Position numbers and translations under genes: made by a program
Notes under the pieces: model-generated
The model's input: only the letters and a program-made list of their open reading frames with translations
The model's database searches: none
What the model was told of the DNA's origin: nothing
Part shown: positions 1 to 12,392 of the stretch, one piece after another
Position numbering within the stretch: position 1 is the stretch's first letter
Layout of the letters: each line of letters opens with the position of its first letter
Assembly: GCA_035084275.1 (NCBI GenBank)
Contig: CM068757.1
Location: forward strand, 3,100,001-3,164,000
Origin: Hydrolagus colliei
Taxonomy: Eukaryota
Length of the DNA: 64,000 nucleotides
Reading direction: 5' to 3'

Positions 1-459
1 AGTATATAGAAGCCCTATACACATGTAATTCCATTGTTGTTATTGTAGAAGCATCACGTATTATAAGGAAGTACAGTATTTTATATCACACTATGATTGC
101 TCACACTGTTTGATATTGTGTTCGATATGGTGCCTTTCACGCTGGGGAGAACTTCTCAAAGCACTACACAGGATTTACATTTAAGTATAGTGATTGAAGT
201 GTTTTGCAGGTAGTGCAGCAGACAATTTGGGCATGGCAATGTCATGGATACAATAATCTTTCTAATACTCGCTTTACGTTTGTTGATGAAAAAAATCTTC
301 ATGAAAAGTGCCAACCACTTCCTTTCCCAAAGTAATTTTGCAGGTCGTTAATTAATGGGACATTGTCAAGAACTGCAACATTGCACATTTTAATTTCATA
401 ATGAACCAACCTCGTCAGCTATTCAAACTATTTGTAGCACATCTTGCAATATTTTAACA

Positions 460-990
460 TTAATTGCTAAGATTAAGCTATGTGGGTACATGACAAGATT
501 AAGGAAGACAAATAGCATTCAAAGAGATTTGCTCTAATTAAGCAAATGGGCGAAGAATCCGGCAGATAGATCTTGAATGTGAACAAATGTGAATTAATAC
601 AGATTGTAAATGGAACTGTGTACACCTGTTAAAGGACTGTCTATTAAAAAGGGGGAAATGAAGTGGGAATTTGGATGTGATTAGTGATTACTCACAGATC
701 ATTTCAAATTATTGTGAAGCTGATATCAACAATTATCATGAATTCTGATGGCTCGAAATGTCAAGACATTTTCCACAAGTTTGAACAGGCCATCGAGGAG
801 GGTATATATCACATATTTGCGTATTTATGAGTGCACGATCTTCAAAAAGTGATTGTTTATCAGCAAGGGTTCAGAGAAGAGCCAGATGTAGAACTCTAAA
901 TTATAAGGCGGTCACAAAACTGAAATTATTTTCATGAGAGAAAGAACGATTGAACAATTTAAGTCGTCAAAATACCAAGAGGTTCAGATA
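460..990 (+). mobile_element. Highly degraded CR1 RT remnant
   Basis: Frameshifted remnants such as ...CAAAGAGATTTG...AAATGGGCG...GAATGTGAACAAATGTGAA (LQRDL..KWA..NVNKCE-like) and GTTCAGAGAAGAGCC (VQRRA). Confidence 0.5.
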
Positions 991-3900
991 AATTCGCAAT
1001 AGTGCCCTTTTCCTACACACCACATGGCAATTACATTGCATATTTTCAAAATGGCGAAACTATTTTCCAGCAGTTCCCAATGGAGACGTTGGGTGTGATC
1101 ACACAATCAGTATCAAGCAAGGGCCACCACTGATGGAATACCTTCACTTGAGCGAGTAGAGACCATGTACTGGCACTCGGAAATCTCCTGGGTGCATGGA
1201 ATAGATTAAAACTTGGCAGACAATCATCCTGTCTGATGACCTTGCACAAACTGGACCCAACAGATTCCCGCAATCTCCTTACTGTTTGCACTGTTTGACC
1301 ACAGGAGCCAATGTAAGTGTTATGGATTTTTCCATGTTCAGAAAGCCGCAAGTCTGAAACCAAAACCCCTCCAAATTACTGCAAATTTACATCGGGACGA
1401 TTAGTATCTGATAAAGGAGAAGTGTGGAGGGGAGAAAGAGATGTGGGTTTGGGTTGGGGGGCGGGGAGGGGATGCGGGCTGGTTGGTGCTATAACGTTCT
1501 AGAACCAAAACGTGCACGTATTTTCTTTTCTATAGTGGATCTCCACCATTTATTCTGGTAAAATTAGATAAGCCTTCGCTGACTAATGACATGCAGAATC
1601 CTTTGCAGCTTTCAATCTGACACTGGGAGCTTTGGAAGATCAGGGTGTTTGATGGGGAGGTCAATGCCCATTTTTTAGGAAGAGAGAATGTAATACAGTG
1701 CAACCTTTGCATATCCACAGGGATTCCTGCATTCATCAGAACACAGGAAGAAAAACAAAACCACTGAATCAATAGGAATTGAAGCTTTCATTGTTTTTGG
1801 CACAGTCTGTATTCCTTCCTCAAATGACTCATGTTTCTAGAATCTAAACATTACTCATGCATCACAATAATGACAATTCATGTTGATAAGGTAACTGAAG
1901 ACTTTATTTTACCAGATTCCGTTTTTTTTGGAGGGCGGGGAGAGAAATTAGCAAATTTTAAAAAACTGATTTCCATACTTGGTGCATCTTCACATATGGG
2001 CCGACACACACACAAATTGTCTGGTGTTTAATCGTATTCCTGAAGCACTGGAGTGCTTCCGGAGTGGGCAAAGTAAAACAAATAATACTTGGTGAACGGG
2101 TATGAAATTTGCCCCCGTTGCATACTATATTCACTATGATAATTAATATGTTTCCCACCAGTGAGTTACTTTGAAGTGTAGTGATTTGGGATTATTGAAC
2201 TTCAGCAAAGGGTCACAATAGGAAAATAATATTGCCACTCAGCACTGATGCAGGTTGTACATGCCAAATCTTGTCCAGTGTACACAAGTCTATCCATTTC
2301 TATTGGTACTGTGAGCCAGAGTATTTCTCTGTGTTACATACACAGAGTAGGTTTGTGTGCTTCCATTTATATATCTCGTCCACTTTTGGAATAATGTATA
2401 ATTTTTTTTAAATAACATGGTAAAAGTCAGAAAAAGTGGGGGGAGGGAGTATCAATGCTACATTGAACTGTGCTGGAATAATGGAACATGTGTTTTAATA
2501 AGTACCTGCTCTTAACCTTGTCAGTAGGAAATACTTTGCGTAAAACCAACTGCTTTCATACCTGGCAGTTAGAGACAATCAGCATGTAGTGCATTGAGGT
2601 ACCACTTGAATAGGATAAACCATTTGTTTATCGCCATTGTCTCATCAACCCATGAGACCAAAACAATTGTGCAGTACACTGCTTCATTGCACCGCTGGAT
2701 GATGATTTACAGATCTCATTTGATTATATCTCGTCATTGGTTGCAAGGTCACGGCCTAAAAGATTACTTGTCAACACTTGTCTAGGTATCCAGCTGTTGT
2801 TTAATGGAATTAAACTCATTCTTTGATTCTGTCCAAACCAGTGTAAATGACTATTGTGCCTAAGAAAAGCTACACTTTTCAGTTTTATCATTGCACTTAA
2901 TATCACCGTATTTTGATTAAACTCTTACTGAACTAAGAAAATCTATAATGTTTTCACAGACACTATTCCTTTTCAACAGACAAGCTGCCAATAGCTCAAC
3001 TCGAGCCATTGTAGAAACAGCATGACAACATCATGCAACACTATGCAACATCCTTCAACGTTTGATTGCAAACAACATATGTGTAATATTGCATTTAAAC
3101 GGAAGAAAACATAGAGTTCTTCAAGTACTCACTTTATTTTCAGTCCGAACAAGCTACCATAAGATGCTCCACTTTGGATTCTCTCAATTAAGTTATCATC
3201 GCTGTTCATTGTTATCCAATTCTACAAACGTTTGTGGCTCGCTCAAGCTGAATCTAGTGGTGTGCGCCCTTGCCACCCTATATGATTCTGCTTCAAATAA
3301 AGTATTCCTTTGAAAGCCAGCACTCAAGATTATCTTACTCTCCCTTCCCCAACACTATCCACATAAGTTATTCTCATCACTGTCTTCCTGGGTTTCGCAC
3401 TTTGCAAACTTCAACTCTTCCAGAACTCCACACCCCTGGTTCTGTTCTGCACTTCTTTCATCCCGGACCTTAACAAGCCCCTTGGGTTCCTGTCTTGATT
3501 GATGTCATCGGCCGAGTTAGCGAAACATTTTGCAGGTCCCCACCCCACCCTATCCATGAACCATAGCCCAGAAAAGAGTCAATGTTTTCAGCAGAGGAAG
3601 TGAAAACATTAGAAAAAAATACCACTTCTTCCCAGTGACATTCATTATGAAAGAACGAATGTCCAACGTCTTGTTGATTATGATGTTTATTTCAAAAGCT
3701 CATCCAATTAAATGGTTGGTGAAGTTGAAAGTGCATTATAAGTATTAGTTGTTTAAGTCTTCACGGGAACAGAAAGACACCTTAACCTGTTTACTACCTG
3801 CATTACAATACATTGGTCTGAAACCTATTTGTGCTTTCAGCTTCTACTCATACAGCTGTATGTGTGTGTGCGCAAGTTATATTTATAAATTGATCTTGTG

Positions 3901-5213
3901 TCTGGTGGAGGATATAATGTGAGTGAACAGAACATTGTTGGCTGTCCCATGTCTGCCTATTCTTCTGGTGCATCCAATGAGTGTCATTGTTATGGTAGCA
4001 TGAGGAGGGCGTCCTTTGTGTGACAGACTGAGCTTGAAAGACTCACGGCATCACAACAATGCTTATCAGCTCAGTTAAACTAGCATTATAAGTGTCTGAA
4101 GAAATTGCACCAACAGCTGTTGCTCAATGGCTGTGGAAACCCAAACGCTGATTTAATCAAGTTTGGAGACATTAATTTTAGGAAATGCAGAATTTCTGTA
4201 ACTGCAGGGATGTTGAAAGGGAAATTGGCAGTGTAGAAAGCTAAGGAAGGTGACAGTGGTGGCTGTCGATTTATTACATTACAGTACTTGGATGTTGGAG
4301 AGCAGCTGTTGAACTACAACTCGAAGACTGCTCCTTGCAAATTTGGAAAGCAGGAAGACAAAGAAGATGATTTTATTTACCTTCCCATAAATAAGTTTTG
4401 TTGTTAACCATACCTGATGAGTTTTCCACTCATACATTTGATGCTCTGAATCTACACCATATGAGGCAGGTAAGTTCCTAGTGACCCTTTATGGGATAAA
4501 GATCATCTGGGTTCATCTGCTGCACCCTGATCTAATTGAAAAGGATTTGTTGAAGGCTCATTGCTCCACGTTTCCACTGTTTCTTTGATACAACAGAGAC
4601 ATGGGACACATTAATAAGCTACTTCTGTTTCCCTTTGATAATCAAAGTGCTTAGCAATTGCCTTGAGCACACAGAATAACAATATTGTAACGAATTGGAT
4701 TTTTATGTTGCCTTTTCTTTCACAGAAAAATAAATATCTTAGAGCACTTTGCACAATACAATTGATTAAAAATGAAGGTGATCGTGGGATAGACAAAAGC
4801 AGCAGCTAGTTTGTGCCGACAACATGCCATAAACAATGAGACTTGTTAATTAATTTTCATTGGGGCTAATTTCGATTATGAGGGGAATAGAAACTGGATG
4901 GATCACTAAAGATTTTTAATTTTAATAAATAATGGTTCTACTAGGGTGCTGAATGGCTGTAAATGTTAAAAAAGCAACCATAATATTTCAGAGATCTCCA
5001 TATGGCTAATGAATACTTTAATGAACTTTAATGTTACTTGCTGTTTTGAATGTGAAGGATGAATTTGAGTTCTTCCACAAACATGTACTGTATGTTGTAG
5101 AACAACTATGTACTTCTGATCTTCTTATAGCTTACAGACCTTCATATATCAATTAAATTCTTTGGAGCACTTTGAGATGCCTCAAAAACATGATGTAGCA
5201 CTATATCAAATGC

Positions 5214-5507
5214 TTGCATTTGGTATAGTGGTTTTCATATCTTCTAGACGTCTCAAAGCGCTTCACGGAATATACTGTAAAGTGAATTGCCTGTATATTT
5301 GTGGGCGAAATATGACAGCCAATTGCACACAGCAGTGTCCCAAAAACAGTCGTGGATTGAAATGACCAGTTTTATTATTGTGGTTTTTTTTAGGGATTAT
5401 TATTAGGTGTGTGGAAGAAGAAAACTTGCCCAAGGTTTCGCTCTGGATTCAAACACAGGCCTCAAGCTTGTAAGCCAAGTGCTCTAACCACTGAGCTACA
5501 GGTCTCC
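5214..5507 (-). mobile_element. Near full-length copy of the same SINE
   Basis: Reverse complement of the 10846 family; ends ...GTGCTCTAACCACTGAGCTACAGG. Confidence 0.88.
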
Positions 5508-5869
5508 ATCATTTATTCATCTATTATATCAGAGCAACAAGGCTTTTAGCTTTTTGGCGCAGTGGAGTTTTGCTCCAGATGGATGTTGTGTTTTAGATGA
5601 GAACCTTGTGCAGGAATCAAGAGCTGTGGGGCCAGGATTAGTGCCAACATGATGAACAACACAAACAATTGTAGAAGGGGTTGGAGTAATGGTGTTGAAT
5701 TCTATTTGCTACAAGGAAATTATTGCTCAGGCCATCTTTGTCTACTTATCTGAATCATGACCGAGAGCAAACTACTCTGTGGAAGGACGAGAGATAATCC
5801 ACTAGTTCATTGCTGTGGAATCTTAATCGATGAAACAGGAGAACACAGAGGGTGGTCGATAGATTGCAA

Positions 5870-5980
5870 AGATTACAAAGAATGTATAGCGTGGAAACAG
5901 GCCACTTAGCCCAACCAGTCATTGCCATTGTTGGTACTCCACATGAGTCTTTATCCATTTCTTGAAAACCTATTCTGATT
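5870..5980 (-). mobile_element. CR1 3' end remnant
   Basis: GAAACAGGCCACTTAGCCCAACCAGTC resembles the reverse complement of the CR1 3' terminal motif seen at 59221-59245. Confidence 0.55.
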
Positions 5981-8099
5981 TACTTTTATTAAAAGGGTAC
6001 TATTACTGATTTTGTACAATAAGTTTCAGAAATAGCCAGAGTATACCATTTTAAAAGGCTTCAAATGGATGCTTTTGTCGATCTTATGCTTGGTTAACCA
6101 CTGGGACATTGGTGGGGAGAAATTACAATATTAAGAAACCTTGTGTTTGATTTAGGGCTTTACAACATCGCTGAGACATTTCAAAGTGCTTCACAGGGTT
6201 TACTGTAAAATAATGTGATGGTGTATTCGTAGGCAAACACAACCACCTGGAACTAGATTTATCTTATTTATGTAACTTTTAAGACAGTCTTGAAGTTGGC
6301 AGATTCATAAAATAACTTTTCAAGGTAGTTTCTCCCTGAAGTTCTTTTTAAGAACTATTGGATATGGACTTTAAAATTAAGACTTAGATTCAACAATTCA
6401 CCAAAATTCTGGGACATCTAAACTATCATACAGTATATAGTAAATCTAAATCCAAGTGACATTTCTCCTCTTGAGGACATTTTTGGTGTGCAATATTAGA
6501 GCTTCAATATCCCATGCAGCAAGCTCCATCTATTAGCCATAACATCAGGGTAGTGATGAGGAGAGGTTAAGTAGTTTCCTTGGAAAATAATTGAACAGCC
6601 AATCATCCTGGATCACTCCAACACAACTCTGAGCACTGTTGGGTGAACCAAACTACTGTTTGGTTCAGTAGTTATCACTCTGACACCTTCCTACAGGGAA
6701 TCGTGTACTGGAGAGGCAATCATTGAAGTAGCAAACTTTTTTTTATATATATGAAACTAAATCTACAATAGAAAACCCCAAAGTCTTCAAATATCAATAA
6801 TTCATCAAACAAGCTGTCAATGTTACCTTGCCTGTGAGAATATGCTCCAATTTATTAACAAACTAAAATTAATTTATTAACTGAACAGATACATAACTAA
6901 CACGACGAGTGAAACAAAGGTAGAACGAAAATGTAGAGTCACTGGAAGGTGGATAGTAGTTTATCTGTATGCTGCCTTCAGGAATGTGTAGCTTGATAAA
7001 TCAGGTGATATAATTTGATTCTCTCAGGAGACAGGAGTGTTGGATTTTTGATAGGACATTATATGTCTATGTCAAATTCACCACGGATGTCACACAATCT
7101 TTCTAAATGATACAATGCTGTTGAATAATTGGACGGGAATATTTATTTTGCTATCCAAGAACAACACCCGACGGTGCCATCAATTTGACAAGCGAATCGG
7201 TCATAAATAAATAACCTGGTCATTCATTGCTCCACTTGCCTCTGAAAACTTCGGAAAGCGTTTAGTTCAGAGAAGTAAGAAGGTGAGGCAGACTCAGCAA
7301 GTTCCTGACTCGAGGAGGATGCTGTGAACATTTTTGATGGATATTAATCAGGTTTCCTTAACATTGCATTGTTCAGTGAAGCTATGTGATGTTACCCTCC
7401 GCTGCCAGTTATGGCAAATGTTTAAACTGCGACTGATTTGAACTCATTGAGTATGAAAAGCCATAAACCATGGTTTGCATGGTGACAAGTTTTTTTTTAA
7501 AACAAATTACTTACAGTTAGTTCCACATTTGAATTCACAGACATAATAGAATCCCCCCTCAAACCCCCCACCTTCCCCCTCGGATGCCCATTAAGTGACT
7601 TCGAAGGTGCACGTTTGGCTGAAGATTTACATTTAAATGGCAACCCAGCAGAAGGACATGAATGTACCAGGTGTTCATTTTTCTAAACTAAAATAAAAAT
7701 AATAAGCCCTTTACAGTCACGGTTAAAAGACAGAGAACTTGCCACGTCTCCTTGATGCGAACTGTTTGCTGCATTTAACAGTTGGCCAACAACAAAACTA
7801 ATGGAATTACTGATTGATTATGGAAAGAAAATACGAGCTGTTTTCAAATAAGCCTGTTTTCAAAATAAGCCTGTGAATGTCGGGGCCACTTAAACTTCAT
7901 TACTCAGACATCCTTTGATTAATTAGCAAGTATTTCTAGCTACCCATTACCCCCCAGCCTCTCATACAGGGTGACCAACAAGTCGTGATATCTACCCTAT
8001 TATCTGCCTACATATATAGATATTTGTTTTAAAAAATCTATCTATGTTTTTAAATTAGAAAGACGTATTAAGAGCATTGTGATAGCATCACAACGTTTG

Positions 8100-8526
8100 G
8101 ATCTGGACATCTATAATTGGACCAACACAGGGGAGGCTGTGCTTGATTATCTGAACGCCAGTCGCTGTCCTCCAGAGAGGGGGTGCTGAAATGCCCATTC
8201 CTTGCTTGACTCCCGACTTAAACTGCTGTAATAACAAATCCCTCGGGATAGCATGAGTCGCTGCGTTGAATAATCACAAGCTCTGTGGCTGACTGCTTTA
8301 CAGAGGAGTGCAGCCTCATTGCTCGTGACATCCGATATCAAAGACTGGGAACAAATCACACTCCAAGCTTCATCTACCCGACTGTCTGTCTGTCTTTCTG
8401 GCTGTCTGTCTCTGCAGATTTCTACTGGTTAAAACAGCCAACCTCTCTTTCTCTCTCTCTCACACACACACACTCCCCCTCTCTCCTTACTCAGTAGCCT
8501 GTGTTTGCTGAAGGGAAAAGGCAGAT
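8100..8526 (+). promoter_or_regulatory. Probable proximal promoter/5' UTR of the LUZP2-like gene
   Basis: Locally higher GC/CpG with (GTCT)n and (CT)n(CA)n microsatellites directly upstream of the start codon. The TSS cannot be determined from sequence. Confidence 0.45.
8161..8190 (-). promoter_or_regulatory. Candidate non-canonical (expanded-spacer) RE1/NRSE REST-binding site
   Basis: Minus strand reads TTCAGCACC-ccctctctgga-GGACAGCGAC: a perfect left half-site and a 9/10 right half-site, separated by 11 nt instead of 2. It lies about 340 nt upstream of the ATG. Confidence 0.5.
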
Positions 8527-8588
8527 ATGAACCTTCTCTACGCCTTGTGGTCTCTCCTCCTGTTCTCTGCCCTGGCTGCCAGCACAAG
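8527..8588 (+). CDS. LUZP2: LUZP2-like coding exon 1 (signal peptide MNLLYALWSLLLFSALAAST-R), 62 nt, phase-2 donor
   Basis: ATG at 8527. Hydrophobic N-terminus ending ...STR, like recalled human LUZP2 (MKFSPAHYLLPLLPALVLSTR). Donor AG|GTGGGT at 8589. Phase joins exon 2 in frame. Confidence 0.85.
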
Positions 8589-10297
8589 GTGGGTAAGATA
8601 TCACCATTCTCTTTATCTTCTCGCTGTGACATTAGCAACATTAATATAAGTGACTTAACCTGAGTATATAGTGGCATTGAATCGTTTGATTTTTGGGTGG
8701 GAGGGGGGATTCCCAAGGACAAAGCTCTGAGAGAGTGTCATTTGTGTTTTGAGACAATATTTGAAATACAGTAGTGTGTGTGATTTGCGTCGCCTTGGCT
8801 GGTGAGACTTACACGTCGGCAATCGGTGTCTTATCGATCACCAACTTAGTTTCAACCCATGCGTTTTGCTGTTTCCAATGTGGGGGGTTTGGGGGTGGGG
8901 GGGGGGGGGTTATTTATCTGTGTGAACACTCCACCTGCGATGAACGTTTGCATAACTCACGCGTCTCCACAAAGCAGAACTTTAACACATGGAACCTGAG
9001 TAAAATGGCTCAGATCAGACACGTTGGCAGAGATGCAAGTTCCTCAACTTGAGATGTTCCGGTGTATATTGCTCTCGTCGAACCGTCCAAGGTGCGAGTC
9101 AACGCTCACAGTGTATCGCGTCAGTTAGTCTCGAAATTAATTGGGAATTATCAGTAGATAAATGCCTGGCTCTGACCAATGGGCTCCACACAGTCAATTA
9201 AATGATTCTATCGTGCTTGGACAGCTCTTTGATGAATCGGTTCTGCTGGCTTGACTTCACAGGCTGTAGATGGAGCAGTTGGGTGGTACGTGGCATCTTG
9301 CCAGTTCCATTTGTCCAGACTTTGGTTTTTTTCCCCCCCTCTTAACATAAAAGTACAAATTCCCTCCTATGGAGGAATGATTGATTAAAGTCACTCTGTT
9401 TGGAAACAGAACTCCAAAAGGAAATCAGTATGCCATGTGCCATCAATCATCAAACTCCCCTGGACCTGAAATTCTGTATCCATTTCCTTCTGTGTTACAC
9501 GCAAAATAATTGCTGCTGTTTATTAAGCGACACTTTAGGGGGGGGGGGGGGGGGACAGAAATGACCAAAGTCAAAGAATGACTCTTGATTCCCTTCTCTC
9601 TTTCTCTCTGCACGATTCCAGTTTTTCTTATTGGCGTTTCAAAGAGGTCTGTGCAAATAGTTGTTAGTTTTAACCTCTCGAGTGCTGGACTGAGAGCGAA
9701 CAAATAGTTCCTGGAAAGTGGAGAGAGGAAGTGAGAGAGAGAGAGAGGGAGAGAGGTTTCCGAACAGAACATTCGCCCAATGTGATACATCAGTAAGATA
9801 GCCAGGCTGAGCACAGATCTCTGTACCTTGCTCCCCCTGGAATAAAGATTTTCTTTCTCTTGCATTGGTGTTGGACCTGCTGGATGTGGAAGTTCAGAAA
9901 AAGGGGAATACAAGGTGGAAATGTGGAAGTGCACTGTTGATTGATTCTACTGCTTACATTACCCTTAACTGATGTCAGTGCTGGCCCAGAGTGCAAGGCA
10001 AGAGAAAGAGATAATCCGTTATCAGCATGTTCTTGGTCAAACAGCTTGTTTCTAAACGTGTGGTTCTCAATGTGTGATTGATTGTTGTAATCGCCACTGA
10101 GCTGAGATCTGCTAGTTCAGTAAAACTAGGAAGCTCTGGACAAGGCTATCTTGCTTCTGTATTGCTCTGGTAATCTAAAGGGGCGCAATGTAATTTAGAC
10201 TTCACTGGAATCTTTCAAGTCGGGAGGACATCCCAGCATCTTAACAGAGCTACATTTCGCCTACAACATGTAGGATCAAATTAGCTTTATGGTGTTA

Positions 10298-10478
10298 CAT
10301 CTTGAAGACGCGATAAAGCTCTATGTCAAATTCAAGGATTATTATTATCATCTCAACGTCATGATAAGGCACTGTATCAAATTCAAGGAATATTATTATC
10401 TCAATGGCAAGGCACTATATCAAAATCAAAGATATTATCTCAACAACATAAAGCGCTATATCAAATGCAAGAATTATC
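10298..10478 (+). repeat. Four tandem degenerate copies of the SINE 3' tail (~40-50 nt unit)
   Basis: Repeated AAGGCACT(A/G)TATCAAA(T/A)(T/G)CAAGGA(T/A)TATTATT-type unit. Confidence 0.75.
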
Positions 10479-10845
10479 ACATAATAGTTCTACTATTTTC
10501 CAATTTGTTTTCAGAAGTTTCTCCAATGATAGTGCATGCCCCTTGTTAGAAGTTTCTGGTTTCCTTTGAAATGTCAAACATTTTACTCCTGTTTTAAAAT
10601 GCTAGACTGTATTCACTGAAGTGGAGGCAAACACACCAATATTTGCATCAAATACTCAATGGGAGTAAAACAATTCAGGTGGTATGTGTTTGATCATCAG
10701 TGCAGAGTTGTCCCAGTGAGACAAGCCAACATAATCAATCCTATCAGTTTCTTTCAGATTCTCATTCACATTACAAATATGTACTGCAGAAATGAATGTT
10801 GCATTTTTCTCTGTTTCTGATATTTTCACAAGGCAGTGCATGAGT

Positions 10846-11160
10846 GGATTCCTGTAGCTCAGTGGTTAGAGCACTTGCCTTACAAGCGTGAGACCTGTGT
10901 TCGAATCCAGGCAGGTTAGGGCGAAACCTTGGGCAAGCTTCCTTACTCCACATGCCTAATAATAATCCGTTAAAAAAAAACTATAATAAATTGGTCATTT
11001 CAATACATGACTGTTTGTGGGACACTGCTGTGCGGAATTGGCTGCCGTGTTTCACCCACAAATATAAATTCAATTCACTTTACAATATATTCTGTGAAGC
11101 AGTTTAAGACATCTAGAAGATGTGAAAAGCACTATATCAAATGCAAGGATTATTATTATT
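10846..11160 (+). mobile_element. Full-length tRNA-derived SINE (~315 nt; tRNA-like head, Deu-type body, L2-like tail ending in (TTA)n)
   Basis: A box TAGCTCAGTGG and B box GTTCGAATCC, body GTTTGTGGGACACTGCTGTG...AATTGGCTGCC, tail CTATATCAAATGCAAGGATTATTATT. More than 15 related copies occur in the window. It resembles the holocephalan SINE2-type family as recalled, not searched. Confidence 0.9.
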
Positions 11161-11476
11161 AGAAGTAAATTTCTTACGAGGTTGAAACAAATCCATTCAG
11201 AAGAATAAACTATCAGATCAGAGCAACACAATTAGTGTGAACTGGAGATGCATCTGTTTGTGTGAAATCACAGTAAAAGCATCATCTTAACTTTCTTCTC
11301 AGGTTGAAATCAATTCAACTACGATCCACGATAGGGAAATATATCTCAATGGTTTAAGAAAGCAGAAATACCAGATTAATTCCTATGAACAACTTTAGTC
11401 GGGGAAATTAATCAAATATTACAATAGTGATTAATGAAAAGACGTGACAATGCAAGAATTATTAAAGATATATCTT

Positions 11477-11630
11477 AATAATAATAATAATCCTTGCATT
11501 TGATGTAGTGCTTTTCACATATTCTAGACATCTGAAAGCGCTTCACAAAATATGGTGTAAAGTGAATTCACTGTATTTATGTGGGCGACAGGCAGCAGCC
11601 AATTGCGCACCAGCAGTGTCCCACAAACAA
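11477..11630 (-). mobile_element. SINE 3' half
   Basis: (AAT)n CCTTGCATTTGAT...CAGTGTCCCACAAACA. Confidence 0.85.
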
Positions 11631-12289
11631 TGTCTAACACATTCTTGAATGCTGCAGGATTTTGTAGGCAAAGTCAATAATTTACCTACCAAGATCTTAC
11701 CAAGATCAGAATTCAGCCATCTGACCCAAATGTGAGAGCGCCATTGACTGAGCTAGGTTGACCTGAACTAAGATGTTCAATAACATGTTGCAATAATGGA
11801 CAATTCTGTAGTTTTCAATGCCTGTGGATTCCCTAATAATTATCAGAAATACATTACCAGATAAATTACATGTCTTAGCAATGAGTCTGTCAGAAAGCAA
11901 AATCACAGCAATTAGCAATGATCTTGTCACTCACAGCTCCAAGCGAAGCTGAGCACATCCCAGAAGTGATTACGAAGCCCACCAACATCAAGAAAGTGCA
12001 CAGTTGGTAAATGTTTACATAAGAATAATGGATTGATTGTGATCATAAAGCAAGATTGCTTCCTCCAGGTTTTACATTAATATTATGTAGAATGCTAATA
12101 AATTAGAATGTATTGGTTCAATCGGTAATTTTTCCCCCAAATCCGAATTTTGCAGAAACCTTTTACCCTGTTTTTCGCTTGTCTTCCAATGGCTTTAATT
12201 ATTCCATTCTAGACTAACACTTTTTGAATTATGACTTTTTTTCAAGTTTAAACAGCGGTACAATTTAAAAAAATTTTAAAAATAAAAAA

Positions 12290-12392
12290 AAATACAGTCG
12301 ATTCACTTTACGTGGTATTCTGTGAAGTATTTTAAGACGGGTCAAAGACGTGATAAGGCGCTATATCAAATGCAAGTATTATTATTATTATT
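12290..12392 (+). mobile_element. SINE 3' tail fragment
   Basis: GGCGCTATATCAAATGCAAGTATTATTATT. Confidence 0.8.

Noticed and set aside
742-765. Hammerhead-like words CTGATG...CGAAATGTC
   Set aside because: Lacks A9 and any stem II, and lies within a decayed CR1 region.
9810-9914. Possible alternative first exon ending ...AATACAAG|GT like exon 1
   Set aside because: No in-frame ATG after the upstream TGA, and the donor (GTGGAA) is poor.
9443-9934. 163-aa minus-strand ORF
   Set aside because: Runs through (GA)n and poly-G low-complexity tracts; no protein-like features.
10846-10916. tRNA gene
   Set aside because: It is continuous with the SINE body and tail, occurs in many divergent copies, and shows no clean acceptor stem. 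It is a SINE head.
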